The notes below the pieces were generated by a model. The model was not told the DNA's origin. It did no database searches and saw only the letters and a list, made by a program, of their open reading frames with translations. Below, piece by piece: positions 29,036-38,189 of a stretch of DNA of 64,000 nt. A program made the position numbers and the translations under genes. This stretch comes from Gammaproteobacteria bacterium. GTDB lineage: Bacteria; Pseudomonadota; Gammaproteobacteria; JABDBA01. The stretch is from positions 17,435 to 81,434 of the forward strand of contig JABDBA010000010.1 in assembly GCA_013288885.1 (NCBI GenBank), given 5' to 3'. Each line of letters begins with the position of its first letter. Position 1 is the stretch's first letter.

Positions 29036-32020
29036 TCATGAGGGTTTATGTTTTTTTAGGCTAGGCTCTACTGCGTCTCCATTGTCAGGAAGTTCATCTA
29101 TTTTTGCTTTCTCTGGAGGTGGGATAATTGTCGTTTTGATGAAAATCTCACTTTGTATTTTAAGTTCAGATTTTAAACAGAGCTGATCCACTGTTCTATT
29201 TCTAAAAAAAGTGGTATGTGGTAATGTAACTCGTTTATTAGATACTTTTGAGGCCAAATCTTTGATATCAATGTGTTCTCTATGTAAAATAAATAAATTG
29301 CCATTAATTTTTTGGCCAGTAGGTTTCTCTTCGCTTGCAGGGGATTGTTGTGTTGGTTCAGATTTTTTACTACTACTCGAACTATGGGATGTAGCGCTTG
29401 TAACTTCAGAGGCATGATTTACTATTTCCTCGGTGGGATCAATTAATCTTCGTACATCTTTATTGTAGCTCTCATATGAAAAACCTTTAAATATACCTCT
29501 CGCTCTTTCTGAATTCCATATCTCCCCTTTAAAAGAGCTTATTCTTGTTACCATGCGCAGGCGATGAGATGGTATTTCAATGCCTACCTGGGTCAAGCAA
29601 TCTTGTATAATATCTAACACATTACCTTTAATGCCAGGCGATTGTGCTTGCAGGACCAACTTTTGGCAATTATGTGCAGCACGCAATGTACCATCGCAAA
29701 CGTTGTTAGATGAGTGTATATCTAATACGACGCTATAGCACCGGACTTTTCCATTATACTTAGTACCCCGATTGGCAATCTTATATTTCTCATTTTGTTG
29801 TATGGTTGTTAATTTTTCTGTCAGCCAACCCCTAAATCTTTCTGTCTTCAAATAAGAATAAAATACCTCTTCACTATGAGGGTCTTCTTGATCTATTTTC
29901 CGCCCTAATCGTTCTACTTGACCTTTTGAAACAACTGCTAACGCTTCATCTTCTACAGCAAAAGTGCAAAAATCTCCAAAAGTATTATTGTCAGGGGTAT
30001 ATTTACGAGATAGAACAAAGCCGATATTGGCGGTTATAAAATTAGTAGCTTCCTGGGGATTGTATTGGCCTATTGTACCTTGAGCAACGACTGTTTTTTC
30101 TTGAATTCGTGTTATTGAAGCATTAAAAGCATTAATAACATCTTGTCGTTTATCTTCTGCGGCTTCTGTTGCGGCACAGTCATTTAGCATCCTTATAGTC
30201 TTGAATTTATCGAAAAAAACCGCTTCTTCAAGCGCTTGAATTTCATGTAAAGTTAATACGTCAGAAAAATAATCTGGTATTTTACAGGGTTTACGGCGTG
30301 CAGAATCTTTCCTCGGTTTTGGGCTGAAATGTAAATCTAAATTTCTTGACCAAACAATTGGCCTGGCAAAATACCCATAAATATCTGTCCAATTACATTC
30401 CATATCTAGTTTAACTTTGTTTCTATACGTATCCCTCTCGTCAGAAGTTATGAGCTTTGGGTCTTTACCGGGTGGTTCAGTTCTAGAACCTTCAGCTATG
30501 CTTTTTCTTACTCGCGTGTACTGTTCATTTATATAATCTTTAATTTTAGATTGTACGGTACTATTTTTACTTTCGGCATAAGTAAAAAATGAATATGAAG
30601 TCATAGAGCTTGATAGGCCAGAGTAAGAGCTGGCATCATCAATGTCCATGTAAAAAGAAAATGAATATTCTTCGTCAAAGCTTACGTATTCTTTAGAAAA
30701 TAAATCTTTGAGCGCAGCAAAATCAGCTTTAATAATTATTTCAAGTAATTTCCAATGGGTTGCTTTTTTATGTGTGGCCCTTGTTTGTGTATCGGCAGTT
30801 AATGATTGCAAATGGCTTTCAATTGATGTTTTTTCTTCTTTTTCATCAACGGGAGTAAACTGATCCACTAGACTCATTTCTGCCAGCCCTTCTTTATGAA
30901 GTAACATTGTTTCAAGTTTATTGATAGTTCTATCTATTTCTTCTTGTGACTTGTAGCGAGTCCATCGTCGTGTATAAATTCCAAAATCACCCTTAGCTTT
31001 TATATCACCTTTTACAGCATTCTGAAGCTCCAATGAATGTAATTGTCTTACTGTTAAAATCTGACTATCATAATCTTCGTTGGGATTGCTTAATTGACCT
31101 AAACTTGGTGGTAATAATATTGTTGCAGTAATATTAAAATGTACAACTCCATACTCTTTTGGGTCTGCAAATTCAAGCCGTTCTACTCCATCTAAAATAC
31201 TCATCAAATCATCTGGGGGCCGTTCTGAAAAAAACTTCATAAACTCTACAACAACTATTCCTGTTGATTCGCTATGATTGCGTGATCTCCTACTCTTCAT
31301 AGTACCTGACCAGTAAACTGTCTTTAACTTTGTGTCATTTCTAACGTGTGTTATTGCTTCTAGCAACTTATCCTGGTTATCTCTTTTTTTTGCAGAAATC
31401 TCTTTCATGGGGTCAACTACAAGTAAAAAATCATCTTTTAACACACCAAAGCAATAATGGTAGTTATCAAAGCTAGCAGGTTCTTGAAAAATGAAATAAG
31501 CAGGTACTTTTAAACTTTGCGAAAGTGCTCTAAGTTTTTTAAACTGTATTGCAAAAGAACTTACGCTTTGTGGTTGGAAAACATATCGTAAACATGAGGA
31601 TCTTTTATATTGAATACAAGTAAGATCTTGCATTGTTTTTAAACTATACCAAGCTTCACCATCAAAATACTTGTTGATGTCTATGACATGATAATCTATG
31701 TACCCTAATGCGTTGGGTGGTTTTGCACGTCTTAAAAAAGAATCGATGTCATCGCTTATGGCTGGTAATCCTATTCTATTTGAAGAAACAGCGTTAAAGA
31801 TAGTCATCAACCATAAGAAAGATTGATAGTCATTAATTATAAATTCAGGATAATCCTCAAATTTTAGTTTAAGTGGTTTTATTTGTGAAATTTTTTTTTT
31901 CAATAGTTCTAAGAAATCTTTGGAAATTACTTCTCCCGGTACTATTTCAAGCGTGCACTTATCTATCTGTTCGCGTGGTCCTAAACTTTTTAATTTTTCA
32001 TTTAGTTCGTTTAACTTCAT
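29036..32020 (-). CDS. large hypothetical protein (orphan, effector-like)
   Basis: 994-aa uninterrupted ORF with AAGGA upstream. No domain securely recognised. Confidence 0.65.
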   Translation of the reverse strand: MKLNELNEKLKSLGPREQIDKCTLEIVPGEVISKDFLELLKKKISQIKPLKLKFEDYPEFIINDYQSFLWLMTIFNAVSSNRIGLPAISDDIDSFLRRAKPPNALGYIDYHVIDINKYFDGEAWYSLKTMQDLTCIQYKRSSCLRYVFQPQSVSSFAIQFKKLRALSQSLKVPAYFIFQEPASFDNYHYCFGVLKDDFLLVVDPMKEISAKKRDNQDKLLEAITHVRNDTKLKTVYWSGTMKSRRSRNHSESTGIVVVEFMKFFSERPPDDLMSILDGVERLEFADPKEYGVVHFNITATILLPPSLGQLSNPNEDYDSQILTVRQLHSLELQNAVKGDIKAKGDFGIYTRRWTRYKSQEEIDRTINKLETMLLHKEGLAEMSLVDQFTPVDEKEEKTSIESHLQSLTADTQTRATHKKATHWKLLEIIIKADFAALKDLFSKEYVSFDEEYSFSFYMDIDDASSYSGLSSSMTSYSFFTYAESKNSTVQSKIKDYINEQYTRVRKSIAEGSRTEPPGKDPKLITSDERDTYRNKVKLDMECNWTDIYGYFARPIVWSRNLDLHFSPKPRKDSARRKPCKIPDYFSDVLTLHEIQALEEAVFFDKFKTIRMLNDCAATEAAEDKRQDVINAFNASITRIQEKTVVAQGTIGQYNPQEATNFITANIGFVLSRKYTPDNNTFGDFCTFAVEDEALAVVSKGQVERLGRKIDQEDPHSEEVFYSYLKTERFRGWLTEKLTTIQQNEKYKIANRGTKYNGKVRCYSVVLDIHSSNNVCDGTLRAAHNCQKLVLQAQSPGIKGNVLDIIQDCLTQVGIEIPSHRLRMVTRISSFKGEIWNSERARGIFKGFSYESYNKDVRRLIDPTEEIVNHASEVTSATSHSSSSSKKSEPTQQSPASEEKPTGQKINGNLFILHREHIDIKDLASKVSNKRVTLPHTTFFRNRTVDQLCLKSELKIQSEIFIKTTIIPPPEKAKIDELPDNGDAVEPSLKKHKPS

Positions 32021-32290
32021 CTGAGTATCCTTATGCTTTATAGAAAGCTAATACTAGGATATTTTTATCATAGAAGGACTTTTAAGTCTATAAATGCTCA
32101 ATTTTTCATTTATTAAGGCCTTGAGGGCTTACCGAAGTAGGGGAGGGTAGGGGTATAGTATCATCCGGTTTGCCAGAAGGTTTATTCAGTAACGCCCGCT
32201 CTATCCATGTTTGCAAAATGTGCACCTTGCGGCAGAACTTGGTTCTTATCACCGTGCACGGAATAATTTTATTTAACATAGATGTTTCCT

Positions 32291-32320
32291 AAAAATAAAA
32301 AAGCCACATGAATGTGGCTT
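32291..32320 (-). terminator. rho-independent terminator downstream of the DUF3883-like gene
   Basis: The minus strand reads AAGCCACATTCATGTGGCTT followed by a T-rich run (TTTTTATTTTT), about 35 nt after the stop at 32355. Confidence 0.6.
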
Positions 32321-32354
32321 GGATGATGAAAAAATCAAAAATGAAGTTGAAGGT

Positions 32355-32995
32355 TTAAATTTTAGGCTTTATTGAATGTAATGGTATAACACCTTCCATG
32401 ATCTTATTAAAAGGATCCTTAATCTTTTCGATGGTTGCCCCATTAGCGTCGCCTGCATTAAATACTCTGTAAATGGAGTACCCGCGACCGTCTTTGTTAC
32501 AATCGAGCATGGCTTTAAATTGATCGCCGGAAAAATAAGCACTATGTGGTTCTTTTGATCTTGTGCTCTTAACTTCAATCCACCGCTCCCAGGTAGTTTT
32601 TTTAGTTTTATCTAAGTTTTCAAGTCTTGTTTTCGTAACGGTCAAATCTTTATCTTCATAGCTTTCCTTATCTTTATTATGCCATTTAACAGATATTTTG
32701 ATGCGATCGTTTTTTTTGTCTATTGCTTCTAACTCAAAACCTGTATCAGTCTCTTGCGGTTTCGTTGCGCCAGGTTTTGCAGTATATTCTTTTTTTAACG
32801 CATAATAGACACATTGTTCACCCCATTTACCTATAGCTTTTTTAGCATCTGCACTTAAACGTTTGGACTCTGATAGATCTTCTTCAGGTCTATTTTTTCT
32901 CTTATGAGTTTGCTTGGGTAATTTTTCTTCTTTTTCTATCGCGCGTGGTTTAAGCCTGCGGCGTCAAAAAAGGCGTCTTGTTGGGTTGGGGTCAT
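32355..32995 (-). pseudogene. DUF3883-like (PD-(D/E)xK nuclease-like) protein, frameshifted
   Basis: ATG at 32995 opens MTPTQQDAFFDAAGLNHAR and then hits a stop. The next frame is open from just after a T6 run (A6 on plus, 32966-32971) and reads ...AKKAIGKWGEQCVYYALKKEY...WIEVKSTRSKEPHSAYFSGDQFKAM...YSIYRVF, but has no start codon of its own until the TTG at 32645. Confidence 0.55.
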
Positions 32996-33185
32996 GGTTT
33001 TTTTACTTACTTGTATATTTTTAAACAGTAGAAATAAATGTAGGAAATTTACTAATTGTAAACGTATTCAATTCATAATATGTTTTGACTAAAGATATTA
33101 CGGAATCAATAAACATACTCTTTTATACTTAACAATTTTTTTGTGGACTGTGGGTCATATCAACTTAATTAAAGGACATAAATAA

Positions 33186-34355
33186 ATGCCAACACATTAT
33201 GAATATGCGGTAATGAGCAGAGAAGTTTATAATAAAGATGGTGGAACCCCTCCTGACGGTTGGACAGTACGCAAACCATATTATCCTAAGAACTACTGGG
33301 GATTAGGCGTAGCAATTTATCAAAAGGGTCGGATTGCAAGCGAATATGTAATTGCATTCAGAGGAACTCATAGTCTTTTAAAGAATGCAGCAGCCGATAT
33401 AGGCTTATTCTTTGGACAAATACCCCCGGGTACTTTTGATGATAAAATGATAGCTGATCATCGTAGGGAAGCAGGGCACCTGAGAACAATACTAGAAGGC
33501 ATTTTAATATATATAAAAACTTTTGGATCGGGCGCTAATGTTTCTTACACTGGGCATTCATTAGGTGGTTGTATGGCAGAGATTCGTGCGTGCCACGAAA
33601 ATAAAAAAGCTGTTACTTTTGATAGCCCTGGTTGTGAAGCTCTTTTGGAGCGTCCTCAAATAGAATGGGGTAATGGAAATAGTCGGTGCTATTTATCACC
33701 GTGGAGGGTAGAACCAAATATTACCTCTTACTTAAGTGCCCCAAACCCAATAAATACACTTCATAAACATGTTGGTACGAAAATCAGGCTCCACGTAGAT
33801 CATAGAAATACTCAAGGTATTGCAGATAAGACACATAAGTTATTATATGCAGCTTCTAATATTGGTGATGATGCGCTAAGAATAAGTTTTTGGTTTAAGG
33901 TTATTCCACATATCATTCCACAACTGCCTGAAATTTTTGATGGAATAAATTTTAATACGTTTATACTTATTTTTTTCTTAGTATTAGCTTTAAGATTTAT
34001 TAGAGATTTAACATGGGTGCAGACTCAACATACTATAAATAACCTTGTAGAATGTTTTGACCCTCATACAGGGCAAGTTAAACCATCGAATGATCGTATA
34101 CCAGGAAATGGAAAAGTTATGGCAAGCTGGCCAACGTATAGAGAGCATCATGTTTTAGGTAGGTCTCAACGGATATTATTTTTTCCGATACCAGCATTGC
34201 CATCTAATTCTTCTAAAATGTTACCCGACGTTCCATTAGTGGGTAAAATTTTGAATATCACTAGTAGCAATAGAGGTATATTAAATCTATTATGCCAAGA
34301 AGATACAACGGAAAATCAAAATAAAAATACTCCAGGGTATAAATATAGAAAATAA
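33186..34355 (+). CDS. lipase class 3-like alpha/beta hydrolase with C-terminal TM segment
   Basis: 389 aa. VIAFRGTHS and the nucleophile elbow GHSLGG (33552-33569). Hydrophobic segment FNTFILIFFLVLALRFI. AAGGA lies upstream. Confidence 0.75.
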   Translation: MPTHYEYAVMSREVYNKDGGTPPDGWTVRKPYYPKNYWGLGVAIYQKGRIASEYVIAFRGTHSLLKNAAADIGLFFGQIPPGTFDDKMIADHRREAGHLRTILEGILIYIKTFGSGANVSYTGHSLGGCMAEIRACHENKKAVTFDSPGCEALLERPQIEWGNGNSRCYLSPWRVEPNITSYLSAPNPINTLHKHVGTKIRLHVDHRNTQGIADKTHKLLYAASNIGDDALRISFWFKVIPHIIPQLPEIFDGINFNTFILIFFLVLALRFIRDLTWVQTQHTINNLVECFDPHTGQVKPSNDRIPGNGKVMASWPTYREHHVLGRSQRILFFPIPALPSNSSKMLPDVPLVGKILNITSSNRGILNLLCQEDTTENQNKNTPGYKYRK

Positions 34356-34433
34356 CTTTTTTCAGGTGCAAACATAAAATGCGTTGTTGAAAAAATCAAT
34401 TTTTCATTTATAAATTAACCTTTGGATATTAAT

Positions 34434-34903
34434 ATGCAATATGAATTCATTGTGCCCATAGTTGTTTCCTCGCTTTCTTTCATTGTATCTTTTGCCTCTT
34501 TATGTGTTTCGCTTAAAGCACAAGAAATATACAAGGAAAAACTACGTTTAGATTTATACAATAAAAGATTTGATATTTACTCTAAAACCTTAAATTATTC
34601 ATTGATTTTTATATCGAATCGAAAAAATTACAAGATCCTAAATTTGAAAGTAAGCGAGATAGCTGCATCCTTGCTTACCGAGAATCTCGGTACTTATTCA
34701 GTGAAGATACTGGGGTTTACAACTTAATCGGTAATATTTTGCAAACTACTTCTATGATAAAAAGTTATCATGAAAATGAAGAGAATGGGAAACTAATAAC
34801 CCATGAAGAACATAACAAAAATACGTCTAATGGATTTATTCTCCAAGAATTCCTTAAAGATTTAGAAAAATCCATGTCGCCTTATTTAAAATATTATTAT
34901 TAA
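34434..34903 (+). pseudogene. hypothetical membrane-anchored protein, apparent frameshift at an A6 run
   Basis: The frame from ATG 34434 stops at 34727. The +1 frame is open from the A6 run (34622-34627) to 34903 and reads SKKLQDPKFESKRDS...ILQEFLKDLEKSMSPYLKYYY, which looks protein-like. Confidence 0.35.
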
Positions 34904-34929
34904 ATTGATGTTTGTGTGTATTAAAATTT

Positions 34930-35247
34930 TTAATTATTTTTCAACTGTACGTAATCCCCATTGAGAGGCAGGATTATTCGTGGCTCTAAAGTAGAAGATT
35001 GTAACCTTTCTCCAATACCATTTTTAATTTTATTAATATCGGTACGGAGTGCATCATATTGAAATTGGATGCGTGTGTTTTTGTCTTGCTGACGTTGTGC
35101 CTCGTTAATTATAGTAGTTAGTGAATTAAGCACATTAACTACCGTTGCCAAAGCAGCATTTTCAGATTCGGTATCTGCATGAACGGGCGTTATAGTTACT
35201 GAACCAATCATCAATATACTAAATACTATGTAATAGAAGAGTTTCAT
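34930..35247 (-). CDS. integrative conjugative element protein, RAQPRD family-like
   Basis: 105 aa with a signal peptide. The pattern ESENAALATVVNVLNSL...IQFQYDALRTDINKIKNGI...EPRIILPLNGDY matches the family pattern as I recall it (E-x-E...LA...F-x-Y..L..D...I..GI...PR...L-GDY). Confidence 0.6.
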   Translation of the reverse strand: MKLFYYIVFSILMIGSVTITPVHADTESENAALATVVNVLNSLTTIINEAQRQQDKNTRIQFQYDALRTDINKIKNGIGERLQSSTLEPRIILPLNGDYVQLKNN

Positions 35248-35283
35248 AAAAGCCTCGTTTAGAAAATTATCATCAGTTAGGTT

Positions 35284-35988
35284 TTATAGGTATTTTTTAA
35301 ATAAACTAACAGTTGCGGACAATGCAACAACACTAGCGATGGCCAATGGTAGTAAGAAAAGATCCGGTGCTACGTAAAATGGTAGTACCACATATAACAA
35401 GCTGCCCCAATACCACAACGGCATGATGCGTTTTTTGAGTGTGTGATAGAACAACGCGCTTTCTCGTCCGCCTTGTAATTTGCGTAGGTGACGTTTTACT
35501 AATCCATTCACTAAGCTTACCATGCAGAGTAAAGCTAGTACGATTGCAAATAAAAAAACCATCGTTTCTCTGAGGAGGACTAATTGGGTGATTAAAATCA
35601 GTAATTTAGTGCTTTCATATACAAATGGATAAAATATCACTGTTAGTCGTGCCAGATAAATATCTTTTATCGATATTGATAGTTGTGATGGATCTAGCAG
35701 ACTTTGAGCAAGATCGCCTAGTTGTTGGATCCAATCTAATTCAATTGATAATATTGATTGTAATGGCTTGGGTAGCGTTACAATATTGGTTGGTGAAAAT
35801 GGATTTAATGCTAGTTGAATAAGTTGATCGAGGTAAACATTGATCGATTATATGCCGATAAAACTGGTTATGATGATAAATGGCAATATTGCAAATGCTC
35901 AGCTTAACAATATCCAACTGGTTCCTTTTATGATAATTCCGAAACAAAAACCAAAGATTGTAAATATCGGTGGTTTTTTGTGGATCAT
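35284..35988 (-). pseudogene. ICE membrane protein (PFL_4697 / TIGR03747-like) with two in-frame stops
   Basis: The frame of the 118-aa track ORF extends upstream to ATG 35988 (MIHKKPPIFTIFGFCFGIII...) but is interrupted by TGA (35899-35901) and TAA (35848-35850). The restored length of about 235 aa fits the family. GGRESALFYH lies in the C-terminal part. Confidence 0.5.
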
Positions 35989-36101
35989 ATCTATAAGTTT
36001 TTTGGGGTATCTCGGTAATCAATGCCCCCTTTCTCAAAAGTTGAATTTATTTGAGATAAGGGGTTAATTTAAAATACTGTACGAAGTGGGTTACTAAGAA
36101 A

Positions 36102-37619
36102 TTATCTTCCTAACACCGGTACAGTAGGGGTAGATGTAAGTAAAGGCGCTGTATCATTAGGAATATTGGCTAATGGTTTAGACCAAAATGGTGTATGTGA
36201 CCCACCATTTTTCCAATAATCTGGTGAATGAGGTGGAAAGTAGCTTGGGCAATCGTGAACAACCTGTATTATATAACTTTTAGCAGCGAGAATGATGTTG
36301 TCAATATACGTGTAATATTGATCAAACAACATAGATGCAGGGGTTTTGGTTTGTGATAATTTCTTAACAAAATAACCTAATTGCAACAGTGGTTCTGTCG
36401 TCGCAGCAGCACTGGAAGTTTGCGAGGGTGACTGCTCTGGATCTACAATAGAAAGCAAATGTCTTCTCGTTGAGAATTCTAGTGCTTGAGTACCCTGCGG
36501 ATCAATAGAAATAGATACTGTTAATTTTTCTTTAATTTCATTTCGTTGCCGAATTTTTTCATTCATTTCCTGCTCCATTCTTAATCCTAATGCCTTAGCA
36601 TCATTTTGATATTTTGGACCTTCTCCCAAAATTCTATTGTAGTTTTGAGTCAATGTACTCTCCCATTGGGTAAGTTTTGTACTTTCCTCATTTAATAACC
36701 TTACCTCTTGTTCTAAGGCCGCTCTTTCTTGTAAAAATTTTGCGGTATATTCATCTAAAAGCTTATCGCGGGCGCGAATATCTCCTTGCGCCGCTAACAT
36801 CTTTTGGTTCAGGTCATTTACATAAGAAATTGCTTGTGGATCAAACCAACTTACCCCTGAATACATATAGGCATCATTAGCTTGATGACTAGCGTAGGTG
36901 AGGTCTTTAGCGACTTTAGCTTTTTGCCCCAAATCTTTTGCAAATTCAATATATTGTAGACGGCGTTTATCATGCAATTCTGCTTTGGTATTATAAGCAG
37001 TGCGTCGTTTATTATAACCTTCCAGAACTTTATTATATTCGTCAAATCCTTCTTGATTTTCTTCAAAATCCGCTAATAGTTTGCGCCCTCTAGCTTCGTG
37101 AAGCTTAGCCTGTTGTTCATGTGATCGCTCTAATTCTAAAATTTCTCTATTAATTTGTTCTAACTTTCTATTTAGCTGTTCTTGTTCGGGATTACTAACA
37201 ACATAACTGCTTGATGTTATTACTACTTGAATTTCTCCATCTGGTGTTTGTGTTGGTGTTTCAGTTCCATAGAATGCTTTTTTTAAAGCATTATATGCTT
37301 TTTTACTATCTTCAAGTTTATTTTGTTTAGGTAAAGCTTTCATTCCTACTAAAATGCAGCCTTTAGTATGAGCTGGGGTATTTCCAATGTGAATTTGAAT
37401 GTGAGTGCGTGGCTGCGTGCCTGTTAATTCTACCCTCCATTTGTCTGAGTGATCGTAACGCAATTTACCTCCGTATGTACCTTCAGGTATTGAGCTTACC
37501 GAGCGTTGATTATCACGGTATAAATGTTCGAGGGTATAGCATACAAAGTTATCATCAACATAAAGTTCACCAGTAATTGAATTGGAATTAACTGAAGTAC
37601 GTTTAATAAAAATTCTCAT
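36102..37619 (-). CDS. DUF5675-like N-terminal domain fused to a long coiled-coil / unknown C-terminus
   Basis: 505 aa. The N-terminus ITGELYVDDNFVCYTLE...IPEGTYGG...IHIGNTPAHTKGCILVG matches the phage-associated DUF5675 pattern as recalled. Residues ~150-370 are heptad-rich. Confidence 0.6.
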   Translation of the reverse strand: MRIFIKRTSVNSNSITGELYVDDNFVCYTLEHLYRDNQRSVSSIPEGTYGGKLRYDHSDKWRVELTGTQPRTHIQIHIGNTPAHTKGCILVGMKALPKQNKLEDSKKAYNALKKAFYGTETPTQTPDGEIQVVITSSSYVVSNPEQEQLNRKLEQINREILELERSHEQQAKLHEARGRKLLADFEENQEGFDEYNKVLEGYNKRRTAYNTKAELHDKRRLQYIEFAKDLGQKAKVAKDLTYASHQANDAYMYSGVSWFDPQAISYVNDLNQKMLAAQGDIRARDKLLDEYTAKFLQERAALEQEVRLLNEESTKLTQWESTLTQNYNRILGEGPKYQNDAKALGLRMEQEMNEKIRQRNEIKEKLTVSISIDPQGTQALEFSTRRHLLSIVDPEQSPSQTSSAAATTEPLLQLGYFVKKLSQTKTPASMLFDQYYTYIDNIILAAKSYIIQVVHDCPSYFPPHSPDYWKNGGSHTPFWSKPLANIPNDTAPLLTSTPTVPVLGR

Positions 37620-37751
37620 CTTTATGGTTCCATTAGGTTAGGTATATAGGATTATCTTTACTAAATATTTAATATCATCTGAAACATTAAAGATTTATAG
37701 ATGACAAATTAATCTTACAGAAAAAATGATGTATTTACTGTCAGATAATTG

Positions 37752-38189
37752 CTAAAATGATCTCATAAAAAATGTTATTTCCTCAACCGTCATTGGAATG
37801 TCCTGCATTTCATCTTGCGGCAGCGGCATCCTGATTTTCCATAATTGTCCGCCTTCAATCAGGCAATAGGCTTGTCCTTTGGGAAGTTGTAATAGATCGT
37901 TGGGTGTGAGCATCGGTACTTCATTGGTGCTGATTCTGTCTTCATTGCTCGATGTAAAATCAGCTTCTTGACCTAAGTTGGATGCATCACTGACGGAGGA
38001 GTAAGGTTGTAAGCTGTAAATGGGTACACGTTGTGATAATTTATCCGTAAGAAAACGTGCCGTGCGTTCTTCAATCACGCGTAAACACACTAAGGTGTTT
38101 AAGTTGCCTGCGACTTGTCCGGCTTTAGCGGCATTGCCTAGTTTGGCTTCAACGTCTGACCAGGTTTTGTGTCTTGTTTCGCCAAACTG
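37752..38189 (-). pseudogene. traD: C-terminal fragment of conjugative coupling protein TraD (PFGI-1/ICEclc class)
   Basis: My translation upstream of the track ORF reads QFGETRHKTWSDVEAKLGNAAKAGQVAGNLNTLVCLRVIEERTARFL...LPKGQAYCLIEGGQLWKIRMPLP. Only about 146 aa remain of a protein normally several hundred aa long. There is no start, and the frame closes at TAG 38190-38192. Confidence 0.6.

Noticed and set aside
29036-32020. Possible CE-clan (Ulp1/YopJ-like) cysteine protease in the N-terminal third of the 994-aa protein.
   Set aside because: The position where the nucleophilic Cys would be expected reads SESTG, and the His/Asp spacing cannot be verified without alignment, so the evidence is insufficient.
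32105-32278. 57-aa minus-strand ORF (MLNKIIPCTVIRTKFCRKVHILQTW...) downstream of the terminator.
   Set aside because: It is below the track cutoff, has no recognisable motif, and its RBS was not checked, so it is not reported as a feature.
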